DNA from: Candidatus Eiseniibacteriota bacterium
GTDB lineage: Bacteria > Eisenbacteria > RBG-16-71-46 > CAZAMP01
Direction of reading: 5' to 3'
Length of the DNA: 64,000 nucleotides
NCBI GenBank assembly: GCA_965224245.1
Contig: OZ245046.1
Location: 768,001-832,000, forward strand
Below the pieces are notes generated by a model. That model had not been told where the DNA came from, searched no databases, and saw only the letters and a program-made list of their open reading frames with translations. How positions within the stretch are numbered: position 1 is the first letter of the stretch; each line of letters opens with the position of its first letter. The position numbers and the translations under genes are program-made. Positions 51,159 through 64,000 of the stretch are shown here, one piece after another.

Positions 51159-52076
51159 ATGTGGATCGCGCGGCTCACGGCGCCCGCCCCGGTCATCGTC
51201 TCGTCTGCACTCCCGCTCCTCGTCTCGCCGGCGTTCGCCGAGACGATCAACGTCGACTTCGGCACGGCGGACGTGCCGGCGAGCAGCTACGCGGCCGCCG
51301 GCGAGAGCGGCGTCTGGAACGCCGTCGACGTGCTGCCCTCCGCCGAGCGCGCGCCCCTGGTCGACGTCGACGGGAACCCGGCCGGGCAGATCTACATGAT
51401 CGGGGGAACCGATCTTCTCGTCTCCGACGACACGTCCACCTCGGGTGACGACGCCTCGCTCATCGACGACATGCTCATCGGCTTCAACGATCCGGTCGAC
51501 GTGTGCATCTGGATCGAGAACATCGAGAACGGCCGGTACGAGGTGCTCACGTACGCGCTCACGCCGAGCGCGCCCGAGGCCACGAACCGCGTCCGCGTCG
51601 ACTTCGCGGACGAGGGCCCCATCGTGATCGGTGGCGCCTGGGGGGGCGCGCACGTCGAGGGTGTCAGCTACGCGCGCCACACGGTGGACGTGACCGACGG
51701 CGTCCTGGCTCTGCACTCGGGCGAGTGGGGAGCCGAGATCCAGTCCGGGATCAACGGGATCCAGATCGCGCCGGCCGGCACCGTGTCGGCGCCCGACCTC
51801 GCGACCGCCGTGACGATCAAGCACGTCCGGCCCAACCCGGCGCGCTCGTCGCAGGTACTCCTGCTCCGGGGTGCGATCCCGCCCGGAGAGACCCGGGTCG
51901 AGATCTTCGGCGTGACCGGCCGTCGCGTGCGGGCGCTGTCCGCATCCGCCGCCGGCGGCATGCTCCGGCTCGTCTGGGACGGCCGGGACGCGGCCGGCCG
52001 GTCGGTCCCGGCCGGACGGTACTGGGCGCGCGTGGGGGGGATGCCGCTCACGACGTCGCTGGTGCGCGTCGACTAG
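51159..52076 (+). CDS. Secreted beta-sandwich protein with FlgD-type C-terminal domain
   Basis: GGAGGT RBS, signal peptide (AFA|E), INVDFG...INGIQI domain, PNP...IFGVTGRRVR...WDGRDAAG...GRY. Confidence 0.8.
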   Translation: MWIARLTAPAPVIVSSALPLLVSPAFAETINVDFGTADVPASSYAAAGESGVWNAVDVLPSAERAPLVDVDGNPAGQIYMIGGTDLLVSDDTSTSGDDASLIDDMLIGFNDPVDVCIWIENIENGRYEVLTYALTPSAPEATNRVRVDFADEGPIVIGGAWGGAHVEGVSYARHTVDVTDGVLALHSGEWGAEIQSGINGIQIAPAGTVSAPDLATAVTIKHVRPNPARSSQVLLLRGAIPPGETRVEIFGVTGRRVRALSASAAGGMLRLVWDGRDAAGRSVPAGRYWARVGGMPLTTSLVRVD

Positions 52077-52128
52077 TCCGCGTCAGGGCGCCCTCTGCTC
52101 GCCTCCGGCCGGGCGCGATCGGAGTGGG

Positions 52129-53085
52129 TCAGCCCCCGGCGTGCTCGCTCGCCGGGTGGTCGACCGGCTCGTGCGCGTGCTCGGGCTCGATCAGCCCGAT
52201 GGCGATGGACGCGGCCAGCCCCAGCGCGAGCGCCACGCTCAGCGGCAGCCGGTCGTGCGCGTGAAAGCGGACCTCCGGCAGGAGATCCGACAGCGACAGG
52301 CACACGAAGACGCCCGCCGCGAACGCCAGCGCCACGCCGGTGAACGCGTGCGGGTCGGTGGTGAGCGCCCCCGCGCCGACGTAGATCGCGGCCGCGCCGA
52401 TCGGGCACAGGAGCGCGAATCCGACGTTGACGGCCGTCCGGACGCGGGCCGTCCAGCCGGCGGCGCACATTACCGACGTGACGGCCAGCGCGTCGAGCGG
52501 CTTGTGCAGGAAGATCGCCAGGAACGTCCCCATCGCCACCAGGCCCGCGTCGCCGTGCTCGGACGCGAGCCTGATTCCGGCGCCCAGCGCCACGCCATCG
52601 ATCAGCGAGTGCAGCCCCATACCGAGCGCGACCCCGACCCACGCGAACCGGCCGACGCCGGATCCCGGTGCGGGTGACCTACCAGCGTGCGGCGTTCGAC
52701 CGTGGGGGTGCGCGTGTTCGTGTGCGTGCTCGTGCGCGCGGGCGTGCTCGTGCGGAGCGCCGTGCCCATGAACGTGACCGGGATCGCCCGGCCCCATCGC
52801 ACCCTCCATGGCCTCGGGCTCGGCGTGAAACGCGCGGATGAGAACGAAGGTGACGAGCATGCCGGCCAGGCACCACGACGCGACCGTGTCGACGTGTCCG
52901 ATCTCGGCCATCGCGTGGGGGAGGAGATGCAGGACGCCGACACCGAGCATGAAGCCGGCCACGAAGCTCATCATCAGCTGGACGCGGACGTGGCTCAGCC
53001 GGACGAGGTTGGGAACGAAGCCGCCGCCGAGGGAGGCCAGCACGACGAGTGCGGAGTACAGCGCCAGCACGAGCCCGTCGGTCAT
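52129..53085 (-). CDS. ZIP-family metal transporter with a His-rich loop
   Basis: SFVAGFML...HLLPH, HSLIDGVALG, HKPLD, DLLPE; HEHA repeats. Confidence 0.92.
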   Translation of the reverse strand: MTDGLVLALYSALVVLASLGGGFVPNLVRLSHVRVQLMMSFVAGFMLGVGVLHLLPHAMAEIGHVDTVASWCLAGMLVTFVLIRAFHAEPEAMEGAMGPGDPGHVHGHGAPHEHARAHEHAHEHAHPHGRTPHAGRSPAPGSGVGRFAWVGVALGMGLHSLIDGVALGAGIRLASEHGDAGLVAMGTFLAIFLHKPLDALAVTSVMCAAGWTARVRTAVNVGFALLCPIGAAAIYVGAGALTTDPHAFTGVALAFAAGVFVCLSLSDLLPEVRFHAHDRLPLSVALALGLAASIAIGLIEPEHAHEPVDHPASEHAGG

Positions 53086-54470
53086 CGGCCTGTCGGTCCT
53101 TCCCTGGGCGCGGTCCCGCCGTTGTCCCTGAGGTGGCGCGCCAGCACGAACGACAGCTCGAGCGCCTGGCCATAGTTCAGGCGGGGATCCACCCGGCTGC
53201 GGTACGCGCGTCCGAGCTCGGTCTCGCTGAGACCGCCCGCGCCGCCCACGCACTCGGTCACGTCCTCGCCGGTGAGCTCGATGTGCACGCCGCCGAGATG
53301 CGTCCCGTGCGCCGCGTGTACCTCGAACGCGGCCTCGACCTCCTCCAGGATCCGATCGAAGCGTCGTGTCTTGACGCCCCCCGGCGTGGTCTCGGTGTTG
53401 CCATGCATCGGATCACAGCACCAGAGCACGTGCTTGCCGGTGCGCTCGACGGCGTCGATCAACGGGGGAAGCGAGGTCCGGATCTCATCGGCGCCGAACC
53501 GGTGGATCAGCGTCAGCCGTCCCGGCTCGTCGTGGGGGTGGAGCGCATCGACGAGGCCGGTCAGCCACTCGGGCGTCATCGCGGGTCCGATCTTGATGCC
53601 GATCGGATTGCACAGACCCCGGAAGAACTCCACGTGGGCGCCGTCCAGCGCGGCGGTGCGCATGCCGATCCAGGGGAAGTGCGTCGAGAGGTCGTACCAG
53701 CCCTCCCGGTGGGGGACGCGCCGCGTCTGGGCCTGCTCGTAGAGGAGGGCCAGACCCTCGTGGCTGGTGTAGAAGTCCACGCGCGACAGCTCGGCCAGCG
53801 ACACGCCGGCGAACGTCTCCACGAACTCGATCGAGCTCCGCAGCCGCTCGACGATCGCGTGATACTCGCTCAGCAGCCTCGGGTCCTTCACGAAGGACAG
53901 ATCCCAGTACTCGGGATGGCGGAGGTCGGCGAACCCGCCGTCCACCAGCGCACGGATGAAGTTCAGCGTCAGCGCGGCGCGCTCGTAGCCCCGGAGCATC
54001 AGCGTCGGATCGGGCTCGCGGTCCTCCTCGGTGAAGGTGGATCGGTTGACGAGATCGCCCCGGTAGCTGGGGAGCGCGGTCTCGCCACGCGTCTCCACGT
54101 CGGCCGATCGGGGCTTCGCGTACTGGCCGGCGATGCGCCCCACCCGCACCACGCGCCGGCCGGTGCCCTGGACCAGGACGAGGCTCATCTGCAGGAGGAT
54201 CTTCAGCTTGGCGGCGATGGCCCCGCTGTCGCAGTCCTCGAAGCTCTCGGCGCAGTCGCCGCCCTGCAGCAGAAACAGCTCACCGCGAGCGCACGCGCCG
54301 AGCTGTGCCTTCAGGCTCTCGACCTCCCAGGACGTCACGAGTGGCGGCAGCGCGGCCATCTCGTCCACCACGCGGGTTAGCGCCTCGGCGTCCCGGTACG
54401 TCGGCTGCTGGGTGGCGGGTCTGGACTGCCAGCTCGTGGGAGACCACGCTGGTGATGATGGGGCTGCCAC
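53082..54470 (-). CDS. Class II DAHP synthase
   Basis: LQGGDCAESF, GRIAGQYAKPRS, SYRGD, WIGMRT, CDPMHGNT, HIELTG, DPRLN. Confidence 0.95.
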   Translation of the reverse strand: MAAPSSPAWSPTSWQSRPATQQPTYRDAEALTRVVDEMAALPPLVTSWEVESLKAQLGACARGELFLLQGGDCAESFEDCDSGAIAAKLKILLQMSLVLVQGTGRRVVRVGRIAGQYAKPRSADVETRGETALPSYRGDLVNRSTFTEEDREPDPTLMLRGYERAALTLNFIRALVDGGFADLRHPEYWDLSFVKDPRLLSEYHAIVERLRSSIEFVETFAGVSLAELSRVDFYTSHEGLALLYEQAQTRRVPHREGWYDLSTHFPWIGMRTAALDGAHVEFFRGLCNPIGIKIGPAMTPEWLTGLVDALHPHDEPGRLTLIHRFGADEIRTSLPPLIDAVERTGKHVLWCCDPMHGNTETTPGGVKTRRFDRILEEVEAAFEVHAAHGTHLGGVHIELTGEDVTECVGGAGGLSETELGRAYRSRVDPRLNYGQALELSFVLARHLRDNGGTAPREGPTGR

Positions 54471-54589
54471 GTCGGCACTCCTTGGAGACGAGCGGTGTCA
54501 CGACGGCGCGCGCCCGTACGCGCGCCGGGAGTGTAGCGACCGCCGGGGCGATGGCAAAGCGCCGTCACGTCCCGTCGGCGGGCGGGAGC

Positions 54590-56152
54590 TCAGGGAGTCT
54601 GGTCGACCTCGATCTGTGCCTGCTCGGCGGCGTCGGGGTCGTAGAGGCGCTCGGAGTGGGTCTCGCCGTCGTAGCGCAGCATCACCGTCCGGCCGTTGAC
54701 GATCGTCCGGAGCGCGACCGGCCGCTGCCAGACCGACTGGATGTTCTCGAGCGTCGGGCACGCGTAGTCGAGCTTGAGGTCCTGACCCAGGTGCTCGTGC
54801 TTGAGTAGCAGCTCGCCCCGGTTCTCGAAGTTCCCGTCCTCCACCCAGATGAACGGTCGCCCGGCGTTCGTGAGGCTCAACAGGAGGTTCTCCTTCACGC
54901 GCTCGTAGGCCCGGGTGTCGACCTCGATGCGACCGGTCTGCTCGTTGCGGCGGTACAGGAAGAGCTTCTGCTCCTCCACGAACACGTCGTCCAGGAAGGC
55001 GTCGATGAACCCGATGTCGTTGTAGATCCGGCGCACCTCGAAGATCTTCTCGTCACCCATCTTGGCCCCGGTGTCCCAGGAGGCCTTGCGCCGGTAGTCG
55101 TCACAGGACTCGTACTCGGGTCCGAAGCGGCCGCGGTCCCATCGCTCGTGGATGTGACGGAACATGTCCAGGCCGAGCTTGTAGGGGTTCAGCCGACCCG
55201 GCTGCTGCATGACGGTGCCGGAGTGATGATCGGCGAAGTCGATCACCTCGGCGTCGTTCAGGATGTCCTGTGTCATCATGCGCGAGTGCCAGAACGTGGC
55301 CCATCCCTCGTTCATGATCTTGGTCTGCGCCTGGGGCACGAAGTAGAGCTGCTCCTCGCGCACGATCGACAGGATGTCGGCCTGCCATCGCGTGAGCGGC
55401 GCGTGCTGGATCAGGAACTCCAGCACGTCGCGGGTGGGTTGCTCGGGAAACCGGCGCCGCTTGGCGGCGATGGCCTCGATCCGCTTGCGCTGCTCGTCGA
55501 GGTACTCCTTGGGGTTGACGAAGTCCTCCATGTAGCGCTTGTGAGCGCGGAGGCGCGGCACCGCGAAGTCACGCCCGCCGATCTCGGCCGACGCGCTCTC
55601 GCGGGCGCTGTCCATCGCCCGAAACGGGGACTGCGGGTCCACGAGATCCTCGATCGAGAGGCATACGTCGAGGAAGGACTCGACGGTCTCCAGGCCGAAC
55701 TTGTCGATGTAGCGCTGCACGCGCCCGCGATGGTTGGCCATCTCGTCGAGCATCTTGCGGTCGGTCCGCGCGAACCAGGTGTTGTTCTTGAAGAAGTCGC
55801 AGTGCGCGTAGACATGGGCGATGACGAGCTTCTGGTCCATCAGCGTGTTGCCGCGCAGGAGATACGCGTAGCAGGGGTCGGTGTTGATGACCATCTCGTA
55901 GATCTTGTGGAGCCCGTACTGGTAGCTCTTCTGGAGTCGCTCGTACTCCATCCCGAACTTCCAGTGCGGATAACGCACCGGGAAGCCGGTGAGAGCCGCC
56001 ACCTGGTTCATCTCCTCGTAGTCCACCATCTCGAAGATGGTCTCGAAGAAGTCCAGGCCGTAGCCGCGTGCGATCTCCGCGATGCGCGGGATCCACTCGG
56101 CGATGTCGTCGGGAACCTGACCGAAGCGGTTGCCCGGTGCGTAGCGCCTCAT
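54590..56152 (-). CDS. spoVR: SpoVR family protein
   Basis: [43 protein letters not shown]. Confidence 0.95.
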   Translation of the reverse strand: MRRYAPGNRFGQVPDDIAEWIPRIAEIARGYGLDFFETIFEMVDYEEMNQVAALTGFPVRYPHWKFGMEYERLQKSYQYGLHKIYEMVINTDPCYAYLLRGNTLMDQKLVIAHVYAHCDFFKNNTWFARTDRKMLDEMANHRGRVQRYIDKFGLETVESFLDVCLSIEDLVDPQSPFRAMDSARESASAEIGGRDFAVPRLRAHKRYMEDFVNPKEYLDEQRKRIEAIAAKRRRFPEQPTRDVLEFLIQHAPLTRWQADILSIVREEQLYFVPQAQTKIMNEGWATFWHSRMMTQDILNDAEVIDFADHHSGTVMQQPGRLNPYKLGLDMFRHIHERWDRGRFGPEYESCDDYRRKASWDTGAKMGDEKIFEVRRIYNDIGFIDAFLDDVFVEEQKLFLYRRNEQTGRIEVDTRAYERVKENLLLSLTNAGRPFIWVEDGNFENRGELLLKHEHLGQDLKLDYACPTLENIQSVWQRPVALRTIVNGRTVMLRYDGETHSERLYDPDAAEQAQIEVDQTP

Positions 56153-57246
56153 CGTCCCTGCCCCAGGAAGTCCTTGATGGAGTCGTAGATCTTGTCCTTG
56201 GACGTGATGTTGCTGGTCACCACGCGATCGTCCTCACCGAAGTGCTCGGTCAGGTCCTTCAGGAACTGCCCCGACCCGTACGGGCTCTCCACCTGCCCGT
56301 AGCAGAACTGATTCGACACCGGTATCAGGTACGAGCGGAGAAGGTCCACGCAGCGCTCGGTGTCGCCCGAGCCCCAGTTGTCGCCGTCGGAGAAGTGGAA
56401 CGGGTAGATGTTCCACATGCCGGGGTCGTACTCCTCGCGGATGAGCCGGGCCAGGAGCTCGTAGGCCGACGAGATCTTCGTCCCGCCCGACTCCTTCAGA
56501 CGGAAGAAGGTCTCCTGGTCCACCTCGCGCGCCGCGGCGTCGTGCACGATGTAGCGCGACTGAACGCTGGGGTAGTGGCGGCGGAGCCAGGTGTCGATCC
56601 AGAACGCCTCGGTCCGGACGATCTCCTTCTGCTCGTCACCCATCGAGCCCGACACGTCCATCAGGTAGAAGATCACCGCGTTCGCCTGCGGGACGTGCTT
56701 GGGGTTGCCGCCCCGGTACACGCGATCCTCGCGAACGGGCACGATGATGGGGCGCGCGGGGTCGTAGAGGCCGGTCATCATCTGGCGCCGGAGCGCGCGC
56801 CGGTACGTTCGCTTGAAGTGCAGGAGCGAGTCGGGGCCGGTGCGCCGGACCGTGGTGTAGCGGTGGCGCTTCTCGCTGACCTGACCGCCGCCCCGCGGCT
56901 CGATCTTGGGAAGCTCGAGCTCCTCGCCGAGGATGTCGGCCAGCTCCTCGAGCGTGATGTCCACCTCGAGCATGTGCTCGCCGGGCTGATCGCCGGCGTT
57001 CGTCGGGGCGCCGTCTCCCTCGGCGCCCTGGCCCTCGTCGCCGTCGCCCTGGCCGACTCCGGTCTCGTTCTCGCCGTAGCGAAAGGTCGGGATGTCGATG
57101 TGGGGGACGGGGATGCTGACGAGATCACGGCCCACACGGCCGATCATGTCGCTCTGGCTCATGTACTTGCGAAGACCCTGCTTGATCTTCCCGCGAACGA
57201 TCTGGCGGAAGCGATTCTGGTCTCGTTCGATCTTCAGGATCATCAC
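56149..57246 (-). CDS. yeaH: DUF444 / YeaH-YhbH family vWA-like protein
   Basis: [31 protein letters not shown]. Confidence 0.93.
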   Translation of the reverse strand: MMILKIERDQNRFRQIVRGKIKQGLRKYMSQSDMIGRVGRDLVSIPVPHIDIPTFRYGENETGVGQGDGDEGQGAEGDGAPTNAGDQPGEHMLEVDITLEELADILGEELELPKIEPRGGGQVSEKRHRYTTVRRTGPDSLLHFKRTYRRALRRQMMTGLYDPARPIIVPVREDRVYRGGNPKHVPQANAVIFYLMDVSGSMGDEQKEIVRTEAFWIDTWLRRHYPSVQSRYIVHDAAAREVDQETFFRLKESGGTKISSAYELLARLIREEYDPGMWNIYPFHFSDGDNWGSGDTERCVDLLRSYLIPVSNQFCYGQVESPYGSGQFLKDLTEHFGEDDRVVTSNITSKDKIYDSIKDFLGQGR

Positions 57247-57402
57247 CGACCTCGGCGGCCGTCGGAGACGGCGGCGTCCCGTGCACCCCGCACGAGAAGC
57301 TGGGAGCGGTCGGTCGACGAGGGACCGGGGACCGCTACGTTTTCACCATGAGCACGCGTGACGCCGCTCGACCTCGGCCCGACGCCCCGCTCGAGGAGCC
57401 GA

Positions 57403-59442
<2,040 letters not shown>

Positions 59443-59853
59443 GCCGCTTCGCCTCCGCTGGGGCGGCCAGAGTTCCCGCCGGTTACGCCTTTGTCGACTA
59501 TCCGTATCGACGCCCGGCCGCGCATACTTGACGAGTTCGCGCGAGAAGGGGGACGCGCGTCGCGTGTGGGCGCGCGACGCTGAACTCCACATTGGAATAT
59601 AGCGGCCGCCATGTCCACAGGTTCCGTGAGGGCGCCCGGTCTCCGGTCGAGAACGCGCCGCGCGCGGCGGTAGTCGTTTGCGAGGACGGCACCTGTGACG
59701 GCGGCGGCTGAGGTGAACCGCGGGCCGGTGTTTGGGGCCCGTCGACGGTGTGATAGTCTGCGCCGACGCGCCCGCGCTCGCCGAGCGCGGAGCCGCGAGG
59801 CTCGCCGACCCGGCGAGGTGCAGCGCCGTCGTCCCCGTGGAGATCGCGATCCC

Positions 59854-60894
59854 GTGTCCAAGCCTGAGCGCCCGCCGGTCACCAATCCCGCCATCGCCGC
59901 GGACGAGCGCGACTTCGAGGGAAACGTCCGGCCCAAATCGCTGGCCGAGTTTCGCGGCCAACCCAAGCTCAAAGAACAGCTTCGCATCTTCGTCGAGGCG
60001 GCGCGCCAGCGGGGCGAGCCGCTGGACCACGTGCTCCTGGTCGGCCCCCCGGGGCTCGGCAAGACGACGCTCGCGGGCATCCTGGCCGCCGAGATGCAGG
60101 CGACCTTCTCGGGCACCAGCGGGCCGGTGCTGGACCGGCCGGGCGATCTCGTGGGGCTGCTCTCGGGCCTGATGCCCGGCGGGCTCCTGTTCATCGACGA
60201 GATCCACCGGCTGAGCCCTGCGGTCGAGGAGTACCTGTACTCGGCGATGGAGGACTTCTTCGTCGACATCGTGGTCGACCGGGGCCCCGGCGCGCGCAGC
60301 GTCCGACTGGATCTACCCCCGTTCACGCTGGTGGGGGCCACCACGCGGAGCGGCCTGTTGACCGCCCCCATGCGGGCGCGGTTCGGTCTGACGATGCGTC
60401 TGGGGTACTACACCACGGCCGAGCTGGTCGACGTGATCGAACGGTCGGCGGCGCTCCTCGACACGCGGATCGACGCCGAGGGCGCCGTCGAGATCGCGCG
60501 GCGCGCCCGGGGCACCCCGCGCATCGCCAACCGGCTGCTCCGGCGCGTGCGCGACGTGGCCCAGGTGCGGGGCGCCGGCGCGGTGACCCTCGCGATCGCG
60601 CGGGAGGCGCTCGACATGCTCGACGTCGACGACTGCGGCCTCGACGAGATGGACCGCAAGATGCTCAGTACGATCGTGGAGAAGTTCGGAGGCGGCCCGG
60701 TCGGCATCGGCACCATCGCCGCGGCGGTGGGCGAGGAGCCCGACACGCTCGAGGACGTCTACGAGCCGTACCTGGTCCAGGAGGGCTTCATCAGCCGCAC
60801 GCGCCGGGGGCGGGAGGCCACGCCCCGGGCGTGGAAGCACCTCGGCATCGTGCGCCCTCCCACCAGCATCCAGACGACGTTCCCGAGCGACTGA
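59854..60894 (+). CDS. ruvB: Holliday junction DNA helicase RuvB
   Basis: [42 protein letters not shown]. Confidence 0.97.
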   Translation: MSKPERPPVTNPAIAADERDFEGNVRPKSLAEFRGQPKLKEQLRIFVEAARQRGEPLDHVLLVGPPGLGKTTLAGILAAEMQATFSGTSGPVLDRPGDLVGLLSGLMPGGLLFIDEIHRLSPAVEEYLYSAMEDFFVDIVVDRGPGARSVRLDLPPFTLVGATTRSGLLTAPMRARFGLTMRLGYYTTAELVDVIERSAALLDTRIDAEGAVEIARRARGTPRIANRLLRRVRDVAQVRGAGAVTLAIAREALDMLDVDDCGLDEMDRKMLSTIVEKFGGGPVGIGTIAAAVGEEPDTLEDVYEPYLVQEGFISRTRRGREATPRAWKHLGIVRPPTSIQTTFPSD

Positions 60895-60903
60895 TCACCC
60901 CGG

Positions 60904-61917
60904 ATGAAGCTCTCGGACTTCGACTTCACGCTGCCGCCCGAGCAGATCGCGCTCCATCCGTCCGCCCGTCGCGATCACTCGCGACTGTGCGTGCTGGATC
61001 GCCGGACCGGCGTTCGCGCGCACCGGCGGTTCGACGATCTCCCGACGTACCTGCGGGCCGGAGACGCGCTGGTGCTGAACGAGACGCGCGTGCGTCTGGG
61101 ACGCCTACGCGGGACGCGGGCCACCGGCGGGCGGGTCGAGCTCCTGATCACCGCGCCCCACCCCGATGGGGACTGGATCGCGATGGCAAAGCCGGGACGG
61201 CGACTGGCCGACGGCGAGCGCATCGCGCTCGAGCGGGGGACGGTGGAGATCCTGGCCACGATGCCCGACGGCCAGCGACGCATCCGTCTTCTCGATGCGC
61301 GTGGCGAGGTGGCCGATCCCGACGACGTGGGTGAGCCGGCGTTGCCGCCGTACATCCGGCGCGAGCCAGAGCCCGAGGATCGCCGGCGCTATCAGACCGT
61401 GTTCGCGCGCGAGACCGGCGCCGTCGCCGCGCCCACGGCCGGGCTGCACTTCACCGAACCGCTCCTGGACGCGATGTCGGACGCCGGCGTCCGGATCGTC
61501 CGGCTCGTCCTGCACGTGGGGGTGGGGACGTTCAAGCCGGTCACGGTCGACGACGTCGCCTCGCACGAGATGGACGCGGAGTTCTACCGGTATCCGGCGG
61601 CGGCGGCCGAGACGCTCGACGACGTGCGAGCGCGGGGCGGGCGGGTGATCGCCGTCGGCACCACCAGCGCGCGCGTCCTGGAGACGCTCGGCCCCGGCGC
61701 GCCGCCGGGCGAGGGCTGGACGAGCCTCTTCATCCACGATCCATACGCGTTTCGTGCCATCGACGGACTGGTCACGAACTTCCACCTCCCGCGCTCGACG
61801 CTGCTGATGCTGGTCTCCGCGCTCGCCGGGCGGGAGGCGGTCCTCGGCGCCTACCGCGAGGCCCGGGATCTGGGCTACCGGTTCTACTCGTACGGCGACG
61901 CGATGCTGATTCTCTGA
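60904..61917 (+). CDS. queA: S-adenosylmethionine:tRNA ribosyltransferase-isomerase
   Basis: LPPYI, YQTVFA..GAVAAPTAGLHF, LHVG.GTF, TNFHLP.STL, FYSYGDAM. Confidence 0.97.
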   Translation: MKLSDFDFTLPPEQIALHPSARRDHSRLCVLDRRTGVRAHRRFDDLPTYLRAGDALVLNETRVRLGRLRGTRATGGRVELLITAPHPDGDWIAMAKPGRRLADGERIALERGTVEILATMPDGQRRIRLLDARGEVADPDDVGEPALPPYIRREPEPEDRRRYQTVFARETGAVAAPTAGLHFTEPLLDAMSDAGVRIVRLVLHVGVGTFKPVTVDDVASHEMDAEFYRYPAAAAETLDDVRARGGRVIAVGTTSARVLETLGPGAPPGEGWTSLFIHDPYAFRAIDGLVTNFHLPRSTLLMLVSALAGREAVLGAYREARDLGYRFYSYGDAMLIL

Positions 61918-62056
61918 CGTCGGGCAGGCTCGCCCCCAGCTCGCGTGGGCTCGACCCTGGCCTCGGTGGCGCCGGCTCGGTGGAACAGGACTCGCAGGCG
62001 CGCCGGGACGGGGGCTCTCGCCACGGGAGGCGGGCGGTCGAGGCGCCGGATCGGCG

Positions 62057-62815
62057 TCACGTCGTCTCGTGGGCGCGGGATGACGCCGTACGGATCGTGG
62101 CGGGGTCGTTGGTGATGATCCCGTCGCACCCGAGCGCGGCGAGCCGTTGCGCCTCGCGCGGAGCGTCGACCGTCCACGCGTGGACGCGAAGCCCCCGGGA
62201 CCGCACGAACGCGATCGCGCGCGCGTCGATCGAGGCATGGTGCAGGTTCAGCGCCCGCATGCCGTCCAGATGGGGCAGACCCAGCCGCCAGCGCGTGTCG
62301 CGGTAGGCGATCGGCGGCCGGAACGCACCGACCAGCTTGTGCAGCTCGAGGTCGGGTCGCCGATCGCGTGCCGCGGCGAGGATCCGGTCCGAGAACGACT
62401 GCACGACGACCGCGTCCCCCGGCGCATCGCCGATCGCCGCCACGAGTCGGTCGATCGAGGCCGCTCCGGGCCCGTGGATCGACTTGACCTCGATGAACAG
62501 TCTCGCACGACCGTCGACGAGCGCGACCACGTCCTCGAGTCGGGGAACCCGCTCGGTCGCGAACGCGGGACCGAACCACGCTCCGGCATCGAGTGCGGTC
62601 ACCTCCGCCGCGGTTCGCGCCGAGACCGGGCCGCGCCCATTCGTCGTGCGATCCAGCGTGTCGTCGTGGACGACGACATACCCGCCGTCGCGGGTCTCGT
62701 GCACGTCGATCTCGACCCCGTCCACGCCGATCTCCAGCGCGGCGCGCACCGCGGCCAGCGTGTTCTCGGGCGCGGCGAGCGAGGCGCCGCGATGGGCGAT
62801 GACGAGGGGACGCAT
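62057..62815 (-). CDS. Glycerophosphodiester phosphodiesterase family protein
   Basis: AHRGAS..APENT, EIDV, HD.TLDRTT, IEVK, QSF, WTVD, IITNDP. Confidence 0.93.
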   Translation of the reverse strand: MRPLVIAHRGASLAAPENTLAAVRAALEIGVDGVEIDVHETRDGGYVVVHDDTLDRTTNGRGPVSARTAAEVTALDAGAWFGPAFATERVPRLEDVVALVDGRARLFIEVKSIHGPGAASIDRLVAAIGDAPGDAVVVQSFSDRILAAARDRRPDLELHKLVGAFRPPIAYRDTRWRLGLPHLDGMRALNLHHASIDARAIAFVRSRGLRVHAWTVDAPREAQRLAALGCDGIITNDPATIRTASSRAHETT

Positions 62816-62951
62816 GAGGCGCGCATTGTAGGCGTGCCCCGGCTCCGGGGCGAGCGATCTCCAGTGGATCCCGTCATCCCGCGTGATCCGACGTGGGGAT
62901 GACCCTGCGTGCGGAGTTTGACGCTTGTTCGGTCACCGCGCCGCCTTCTAG

Positions 62952-64000
<1,049 letters not shown>

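Noticed and set aside
52700-52780. Short tandem repeats (GTGCTCGTGC-like)
   Set aside because: They encode the HEHA-rich loop of the ZIP transporter and are not an independent repeat element
59443-59853. Sigma54 promoter for prkA
   Set aside because: No convincing -24/-12 element found by eye; only a GGAAC motif of uncertain meaning

Overview
High-GC bacterial chromosome segment that is mostly housekeeping. It probably comes from a diderm, uncultured FCB-related lineage (Eisenbacteria/Latescibacterota/Krumholzibacteriota-like); this is inferred from a lipid A acyltransferase and FlgD-type C-terminal domains, not from a database search. Contents in order: icd, a PP2C phosphatase, glyQS, suhB, a type IV minor-pilin cluster (PilX, PilV, FimT and a 937-aa PilW-like fusion), a long housekeeping operon (tat, aroK, rsmD, coaD, obgE, dprA, lipid A acyltransferase, speB, two XRE-cupin regulators), mazG, a deoB-cdd-deoC-pdp operon and PBP1A. 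Next is a complete rRNA operon (16S, tRNA-Ile, tRNA-Ala, 23S, 5S) whose 23S gene carries a 646-nt group I intron at E. coli position 1931 encoding a LAGLIDADG homing endonuclease. After it come all four t6A genes (tsaE-tsaB convergent with tsaC-tsaD), a C39-like peptidase, a secreted M4 protease preceded by an emfourin-like lipoprotein, a radical SAM gene and ftcD. The window ends with the yebC-ruvCA/ruvB-queA-tgt string, split by a ~9-kb block (ZIP transporter, class II DAHP synthase, spoVR-yeaH-prkA). Best novelty candidates: the intron and its endonuclease, the lipoprotein inhibitor-like gene paired with the M4 protease, a DeoC with an encapsulation-peptide-like helix plus a Cys cluster, the giant FN3/lectin minor pilin, and the clustered, apparently foreign t6A set. 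All family calls are by motif recognition, and start codons were chosen by eye.
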